From: Dehalococcoidia bacterium
Lineage (GTDB): Bacteria; Chloroflexota; Dehalococcoidia; UBA2979
Assembly (NCBI GenBank): GCA_028279505.1
Contig: JANQNP010000004.1
Coordinates: 6,154-70,153, forward strand
DNA: 64,000 nucleotides
Direction: 5' to 3'
Every line of letters begins with the position of its first letter. The stretch's first letter is position 1. The translations under genes were made by a program, and so were the position numbers. Below the pieces are notes generated by a model that searched no databases, was not told the DNA's origin, and saw nothing but the letters and a program-made list of their open reading frames with translations. Positions 58,256-64,000 of the stretch are shown here, piece by piece.

Positions 58256-58630
58256 ATGGCAAGCCGATGGCGGGTCCTCGTCGGCGGGCGGCAGACCGTC
58301 CTCGCTTCCGAGGTGGAGCGCGCTGATTCGCCCTGGCGGCGGATGGTGGGGCTGCTCGGGCGGGCGTCGCTTCCGCTTGGCGGGGGGATGCGGTTTGAGC
58401 CGGCGTCCTCGCTGCACATGTTCTTCATGCGGTTCGCGATCGACGTGGTCTACGTCGACCGTGAGGAGCGCGTGGTGAAGCTGGTGTCGGATCTACAGCC
58501 GTGGCGGTTCAGCGCCGCCCGCGGGGCGCGCGCCGCGTATGAGCTCCCCGCCGGGACGATTGCTCGCGTGGATGTCGAGGTCGGCGACCAGCTCGTCCTC
58601 GAGCCCGCAGCTCCCGAGGTGGCGGCGTGA
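58256..58630 (+). CDS. DUF192 family protein
   Basis: ADSPWRRMVGLLGR, LHMFFMRFAIDVVYVD, ELPAG. Confidence 0.88.
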   Translation: MASRWRVLVGGRQTVLASEVERADSPWRRMVGLLGRASLPLGGGMRFEPASSLHMFFMRFAIDVVYVDREERVVKLVSDLQPWRFSAARGARAAYELPAGTIARVDVEVGDQLVLEPAAPEVAA

Positions 58631-59175
58631 CGGCGGCGAGTCCGGCGTCGGAGCGCGTCACTTCCGGGGCGCCCGACCGATCGAGCGGCCGGCGCGTGCC
58701 GGCGACGGTGATGACCTCCACCGCTGCGCTCGGCGTGGCGGTGGCGGTGGGCGCGCCACTCGAGGATGGCGCGCTGGTCACCGCGTGGCTGGCGATGGGG
58801 ATCATGCTCGTCGCCGCGGCCGAGGATCTCCGTACCCGACGGCTCCGGAACGCCCTGGTGGCGCCGGCGTTGGTGCTCGCGATTGCGGCCGATCCGAGCG
58901 GCGCCACGGTTGCAGCCGCGTTGGCTGCGGTGCTGCCGTTCCTGTTCTTCGCGTTCTGGAAGCCGGGATCGATCGGCATGGGCGATGTGAAGTTCGCGGC
59001 CCCCGCCGGGGCGCTCGCGGGGTTCGAGAGCGTCGGCTCGCTGTTGATCGTGATCGCGCTGCTCGGTGGGGTGTTGTCGATCATCGCGTTCGCGCGGTTC
59101 GGTCGCTCGGGGACGTTGGCGTACGGCCCAGCGATCGCGCTCGGCACCTTGCTGGTGGCGCTCGTTCTCAACTAG
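58627..59175 (+). CDS. Prepilin peptidase, A24 family (TadV/CpaA-type, no methylase domain)
   Basis: EDLRTRRLRN, GMGDVK catalytic aspartates, AYGPAI. Confidence 0.88.
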   Translation: MTAASPASERVTSGAPDRSSGRRVPATVMTSTAALGVAVAVGAPLEDGALVTAWLAMGIMLVAAAEDLRTRRLRNALVAPALVLAIAADPSGATVAAALAAVLPFLFFAFWKPGSIGMGDVKFAAPAGALAGFESVGSLLIVIALLGGVLSIIAFARFGRSGTLAYGPAIALGTLLVALVLN

Positions 59176-61073
59176 CTCGTCTCGATCGACACCAACGGGA
59201 GGGTGACCCTCGATGGGTGGCCCGCGGTGTGGTGGATCGTGTTCGTCGCGATCTTCGTGTGGGTGTGGCGACCGATCGGTTCACCGGTGTTGGGGTTGGG
59301 ATCGAAGCGTGGGAACGACGAGGAGCTGACGAGCACTTGGACGCGATGGCCGGCGACGAAGCGGTTGCTGGTTGGATAGAGCTGGAAGCTGACCTCGACC
59401 GGCTCCCCCGGAGGGATCGGCGCTGGGGACGCCATCCCAGAGCGGTAGCGGACGCGCATCAGGCCGTCCGAGACGTTGAGGCGGTAGCCGTCCGGCCACT
59501 CCCCGCTCGGCGGGTAGAGATCCTGGACCATCACGAAGAGATCCGTGTCCGGAGCGTCTGATTCGAGGTGGATCGTCGCCTCGATGGGCCCGGTGACCTC
59601 CATGTCTTCGGCGAGAGGTTCCGAGGTGAACGCGAGAACATCGGGGCGATCCTCGAGCGGGCCGTAGGGCGGCTCACAGCCGTGGAGATCGGGGCGGGTG
59701 CGCTGATCGGCGCCGCCCTGGATGACCATGACTCGCATGAGGACGATCGGGGTGGCGAGCGTGGTGCGCTCGGGCTGCGGGACGATCTCGTTCAGCGACG
59801 AGGTGTTGGCGGAGATGGTCGGAAGCGGGTTCGCCGGGTCGTAGCGGAAGGTGGAGGAGCCACCGTCCTCGGTGGGTGGCTCGTCGCGGAGGAGGCGGCC
59901 ATCCGGGTGCAGGTAGAACGGTGTCAGGACGGCGCGAGCGAGGGGCCACTCGGCCTCGTTGCGCCAGGATCCGCCGTGGTCGAGGCGGCCGGCGGCGTCG
60001 CGGGTGCCGCTGCCGCCGCCCATGACGAAGATGCGCACCGGGGAGGCGTCAATGCCGTTGTCGACGCCTCGGAGGTGATGGTCGAAGTACTCGAGGTGAA
60101 CGTTCTTGACGCCCTCGGCGGTGTCGGTGTGGACGGGAGCGTCGGGTCCGAGATCGACCTCGCCCGAGTACGTGCGGTCGAGCGGCGCTTCGCCGTGGGT
60201 CCACGGGCCCATGAGGAGCTGCTGGCGGCTGAAGCGCTGCCCTGCCGCAACGTAGAGGTCGGTCGTCGCGCGGGTGTAGGAGTCGTACCAGCCGCTGGAG
60301 TACACCGTCGGGACGTCGGCGCTGCCGTCGAGATGGGCCTCGAAGTTGAGACCGCGCTGCTGCCAGTAATCGTCGTCGTCGCCGTGCTCGTAGAGGTCGC
60401 GGGCCCACTGCTCGTAGACCGGCAGGTTCGGGAGTGGCGAGTTGCCCTCGTGCCACGGTAGACGCTGGAGCCATTGGTACATCTGCTCCGTGTTGTGCTG
60501 GAGCTCGCGGGCGAGAGCGGGGTCGCGGATCGCCTCGGGAGAGACGGCGCCGTGGCTGACGGCCCAGGTGAGCCAGCGCAGTTCCATCGCGCCGTTATGT
60601 CGCAGCGCGGTGACGTTGCCGTTCGATCCGCCCTGGTTCACCCACATCGCCTTCAGGTGGGGCGGGCGTTCGAGGGCAGCGGCGCTCTGTGTCCAACCCG
60701 AGTAGGAGGTGCCGAACGTGCCGACGTTCCCGTCGCAGTACGGGAGCGCGGCGACCCACTCGACGGCGTCGTAGCCGTCGGGACCCTCGTTGGCGAGGAG
60801 GATGAACTCGCCCTCGGAGTCGAAGCGACCGCGGGTGTCCTGGACCACGAAGAGGTAGCCACGCTCGGCCCAGAACTCGCCGTGGCGCTGGTAGCGGTCG
60901 CCTCGGCGGTCGTAGGGCGTGCGCACGAGAACGGCCGGGAACGGTCCCGGGAGGGGCTCGCCGCCCTCGGCAGGGCGCCAGACGTCGGTAGCGAGCCAGG
61001 TGCCGTCTCGCGCCTCCATGCCCTTGTTGCGGGCGAGGGCGACGCCGTACTGGACTTGTGACGGCTCAGGCAC
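59172..61073 (-). CDS. CocE/NonD family hydrolase
   Basis: RDGTWLATDVWRP, RTPY, QDTRGRFDSEG, GTSYSG nucleophile, GWYD, GPWTH; GAGGAG RBS before GTG 61073. Confidence 0.92.
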   Translation of the reverse strand: MPEPSQVQYGVALARNKGMEARDGTWLATDVWRPAEGGEPLPGPFPAVLVRTPYDRRGDRYQRHGEFWAERGYLFVVQDTRGRFDSEGEFILLANEGPDGYDAVEWVAALPYCDGNVGTFGTSYSGWTQSAAALERPPHLKAMWVNQGGSNGNVTALRHNGAMELRWLTWAVSHGAVSPEAIRDPALARELQHNTEQMYQWLQRLPWHEGNSPLPNLPVYEQWARDLYEHGDDDDYWQQRGLNFEAHLDGSADVPTVYSSGWYDSYTRATTDLYVAAGQRFSRQQLLMGPWTHGEAPLDRTYSGEVDLGPDAPVHTDTAEGVKNVHLEYFDHHLRGVDNGIDASPVRIFVMGGGSGTRDAAGRLDHGGSWRNEAEWPLARAVLTPFYLHPDGRLLRDEPPTEDGGSSTFRYDPANPLPTISANTSSLNEIVPQPERTTLATPIVLMRVMVIQGGADQRTRPDLHGCEPPYGPLEDRPDVLAFTSEPLAEDMEVTGPIEATIHLESDAPDTDLFVMVQDLYPPSGEWPDGYRLNVSDGLMRVRYRSGMASPAPIPPGEPVEVSFQLYPTSNRFVAGHRVQVLVSSSSFPRFDPNPNTGEPIGRHTHTKIATNTIHHTAGHPSRVTLPLVSIETS

Positions 61074-61229
61074 GGGATCCTCCTCGACTGGGTCGGGCGG
61101 ATTGTAGCGAGGTGGATCGGCCAGCGCCCTCCGCAGACGCACCTCGGTGCCACCGAGTGGAGTCGATGTCCCGTCGCGGCCGCCCGGCCCGAGGCGGCAG
61201 TTCCGAGGGGGAGCGGGTAGGCTGCCGAC

Positions 61230-64000
61230 ATGACGACACGCGAGGTGATCGAGGGCGAATCGCCACCGAGCCAGGCGACGGCGCAGCGAGCGCTGGCGCT
61301 GTTGCATGGGCCTTCCGAGGAACTCGAGCAGCTCGCGGATGCGTTAGCCGCGGGGCTCAGCGGCGGGCGCGACGACGTGTTCGTCGACCGGCCGAATCGG
61401 CTGCTGTTCGCGACCGACGCGTCGATCTATGAGATGGAGCCGATCGCGGTGGTATATCCGCGGTCGCAGGCGGATATCCAGCACGTGGTGCGGGTGGCTG
61501 CGGAGCGGGGGGTGCCGGTGCTGTCGCGCGGCGGCGGGACGAGCCTCGCCGGGCAGACTGTGAACCACGCGATCGTGATCGACATGTCGCGACACATGTC
61601 GGAGTTGCTCGAGCTGAACGTCGAGGAGCAGTGGGCGCGGGTTCAACCGGGAATCGTGGTTGATCAGCTGAACCGGCTCCTCAAGCCACACGGGTTGCAG
61701 TACCCAATCGATACGTCCACGAAGAACCGGGCGACGGTGGGCGGCGGCATCGGTAACAACTCGTGTGGGGCGCACTCGTGCGTATACGGGAAGACGATCG
61801 ACCAGATCCACGCGCTGGACGTCGTGCTCTCCGACGCGACGGCGACGACCTTCGAGGAGCTGAGCGGCGCGCCGCTGCGAGCGAAGCTCGACCTGCCGGG
61901 CGTCGAGGGCGGCATCTATCGCGGCACGCGCGAGATCGCCGCCGCCCACCGCGCTGAGATCGACGCCCGCTTCCCGAAGATCCAGCGCCGCGTGTCTGGC
62001 TACAACCTCGATGAGGCGCTGGACGAGGACCGAATCAACCTCTCGAACGTGGTCGTCGGTTCCGAGGGGACGCTGGCGGTCGTCACGGAGGCGAAGGTGC
62101 GGGTAGTACCGCTACCGGCGCTGAAGGGGCTGGCCGCGGTCCATTGCGCGGATATCGTCGACGCCGCGAAGGCAACGGTCACGGCGCTCCAGCACGAGGT
62201 TTCGGCGATCGAACTGATCGGCGAGGCGATCATCGAGCGCTGCCGGGACAGCGTGGGATACGCGAAGCTGCTCGACCGGGTGGTCGGCGAGCCGGGCGCG
62301 ATTCTGATGGTGGAGTTCTACGGCGACTCCGAGGCGGAGCTGGACGCCAAGCTCGAGGCGCTGACAAAGGACGTGCTGGCGACCGGGTTCGCGTACGCGG
62401 CGCCGACGACGACGAACAACGGCGAACAGGCGCGCTGGTGGCGGATCCGCGAGGCCGGCCTCGGCCTGCTGATGAGCGTGAAGGGTGACGCCAAGCCGGT
62501 CGCGATCGTCGAGGACACGGCGGTACCGCCGGAGAAGCTGGCGGACTTCATCATGAGGTTCGACATGATCGTGCAGTCGCACGGGACGACCGCGGCGTAC
62601 TACGGACATGCCTCGGTGGGGTGTTTGCACATCCGACCGCTGGTGAACGTCAAGACCGAGGCCGGGCTCGATACCACCGAGGCGATCGCGACGGAGATCG
62701 CGGAGCTCGTGCTGGAGTTCGGCGGAAGCCTGAGCGGGGAGCACGGCGATGGCATCCTGCGCGGCGTGTTCACCGAGAAGATGTTCGGGCCCGAGATCAC
62801 CGAGGCGTTCCGGGACCTGAAGCGGACATGGGACCCGGACGGGTTGCTCAACCCCGGGAAGATCGTGGACACCCCGAAGTTCCGTGACAACCTGCGGCTC
62901 GGGCCGCGGACCGTGAATCTCGAGGTGCAGACGCACCTCGATTTCAGCGCCGAGGGCGGGCTGGCGCGGGCGGTGGAGCTCTGTAACGGGCAGGGCGCCT
63001 GTCGGAAGCTCGACGGCGGGATGTGTCCCTCGTACATGGTGACGTTCGAGGAGGAGCATTCGACGCGGGGGCGCGCGAACCTGCTGCGCCAGGCGTTGAA
63101 CGGTGTGATCCCGGCCGAGGAGCTGGCGGGCGAGCGGATTCAGGAGGCGCTGGACCTCTGCGTTGAGTGCAAGGCGTGCAAGTCGGAGTGCCCGTCCGGC
63201 GTGGACATGGCGAAGCTGAAGTACGAGGTGCTGACGAAGCACCACGAGGAGCACGGGCTGCCGCTGCGCTCGCGGCTGTTCGGGCGGATCGCCCAGCTGA
63301 GCGCGTTCGGGACGCGGATCGGCCCGCTGGTGCCGCTCCTGAACTTCGTCAACCGGATCCCGCTGGTGCGGATGGGGATGCATCGGTTCGGCGGGATTCA
63401 CCGTGAACGACCGCTGCCGGAGCTGGCGCGGAGGCCGTTCCGGCGCTGGTTCGGTGCGCGTTCTGCCACCCAGGCAGCTCCGCGGGGGGAGATCGTCTTC
63501 TTCGACGACACGTTCACGCAGTACTACCAGCCGGAGGTCGGGCAAGCGGCGACCGAGGTGCTCGAAGCGCTCGGGTACCGGGTGACGGTGGTGGAACGCC
63601 TCGGATGCTGCGGGCGGCCGCTGATCTCGAAGGGGCAGCTCGGCACCGCGCGAGAGTGGGCGGCTCGGAACGTGGAGCGGCTGGCGCCGTACGCCGCGAA
63701 CGGGACGCCGATCGTCGGCGTTGAGCCGTCTTGTCTGCTGACGCTGCGCGACGAGTACCCCGAGCTGGTGGATACGGAGCAGGCGCGCCAGGTCGCTGAC
63801 GCCGCGCTGCTCCTCGATGAGCTACTGGTACAGCTCGAGGTCGAGGACCCGGAGGCGGTGCGGGGCGCGTTTGCCCGCGGCGAACGCGGCGATGTGCTGG
63901 TGCACGGGCATTGTCATCAGAAGGCGCTGGTGGGGATGGAGGCAACCGAGGCCGCGCTCGCGATCGCCGGCTACGAGGCGTCGACGATCGACTCGGCGTG
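61230..64000 (+). CDS. FAD-binding and 4Fe-4S-binding oxidoreductase (GlcD/GlcF-type fusion, YdiJ-like); runs off the window end
   Basis: TDASIY, RGGGTSLAGQ, GSEGTL, SGEHGDG, CNGQGAC, CVECKACKSECP, GCCGRP, HGHCHQKA; absent from the ORF track because no stop lies in the window. Confidence 0.92.
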   Translation, partial: MTTREVIEGESPPSQATAQRALALLHGPSEELEQLADALAAGLSGGRDDVFVDRPNRLLFATDASIYEMEPIAVVYPRSQADIQHVVRVAAERGVPVLSRGGGTSLAGQTVNHAIVIDMSRHMSELLELNVEEQWARVQPGIVVDQLNRLLKPHGLQYPIDTSTKNRATVGGGIGNNSCGAHSCVYGKTIDQIHALDVVLSDATATTFEELSGAPLRAKLDLPGVEGGIYRGTREIAAAHRAEIDARFPKIQRRVSGYNLDEALDEDRINLSNVVVGSEGTLAVVTEAKVRVVPLPALKGLAAVHCADIVDAAKATVTALQHEVSAIELIGEAIIERCRDSVGYAKLLDRVVGEPGAILMVEFYGDSEAELDAKLEALTKDVLATGFAYAAPTTTNNGEQARWWRIREAGLGLLMSVKGDAKPVAIVEDTAVPPEKLADFIMRFDMIVQSHGTTAAYYGHASVGCLHIRPLVNVKTEAGLDTTEAIATEIAELVLEFGGSLSGEHGDGILRGVFTEKMFGPEITEAFRDLKRTWDPDGLLNPGKIVDTPKFRDNLRLGPRTVNLEVQTHLDFSAEGGLARAVELCNGQGACRKLDGGMCPSYMVTFEEEHSTRGRANLLRQALNGVIPAEELAGERIQEALDLCVECKACKSECPSGVDMAKLKYEVLTKHHEEHGLPLRSRLFGRIAQLSAFGTRIGPLVPLLNFVNRIPLVRMGMHRFGGIHRERPLPELARRPFRRWFGARSATQAAPRGEIVFFDDTFTQYYQPEVGQAATEVLEALGYRVTVVERLGCCGRPLISKGQLGTAREWAARNVERLAPYAANGTPIVGVEPSCLLTLRDEYPELVDTEQARQVADAALLLDELLVQLEVEDPEAVRGAFARGERGDVLVHGHCHQKALVGMEATEAALAIAGYEASTIDSA

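Noticed and set aside
1-64000. CRISPR arrays, IS elements, prophage or rRNA genes
   Set aside because: No regularly spaced repeats, transposase, integrase, phage structural genes or rRNA-like sequence recognised

Overview
High-GC bacterial chromosomal segment. The gene content (cdaA-cdaR, mutS2, comEA-comEC, a Tad pilus locus with no secretin, der-plsY-gpsA, selA) suggests a monoderm organism, probably Chloroflexota; this is inference only. Most of the window is housekeeping or accessory metabolism: two tandem SDRs, a CoA-transferase, the cdaA-cdaR-der-plsY-gpsA cluster, argF, rph, serA with a class V aminotransferase, selA-mutS2, tRNA-Ile2(CAT), a ClC channel, a P450/ABC1/TetR/MMPL group, a CocE/NonD hydrolase and a truncated FAD/Fe-S oxidase. 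Three regions stand out. (1) A Tad/Flp pilus locus (47.3-59.2 kb) has a second Flp pilin missing from the ORF track and sigma-28-like promoter motifs. Its divergent arm encodes a vWA tip pilin, a catalytically degenerate EAL protein and a membrane-spanning vWA protein with a degenerate cytoplasmic FHA domain, a candidate c-di-GMP-linked surface-sensing module. (2) The comEA-comEC locus is flanked by compositionally distinct genes (a Schlafen/AlbA_2 protein, an orphan membrane protein, a Tat beta-helix lipoprotein). It is preceded by a decayed second copy of an internal comEC segment that looks like a foreign allele. (3) A sensorless HisKA protein with a collapsed ATPase domain is coupled to a single receiver. 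No CRISPR array, integrase, transposase or rRNA was seen.
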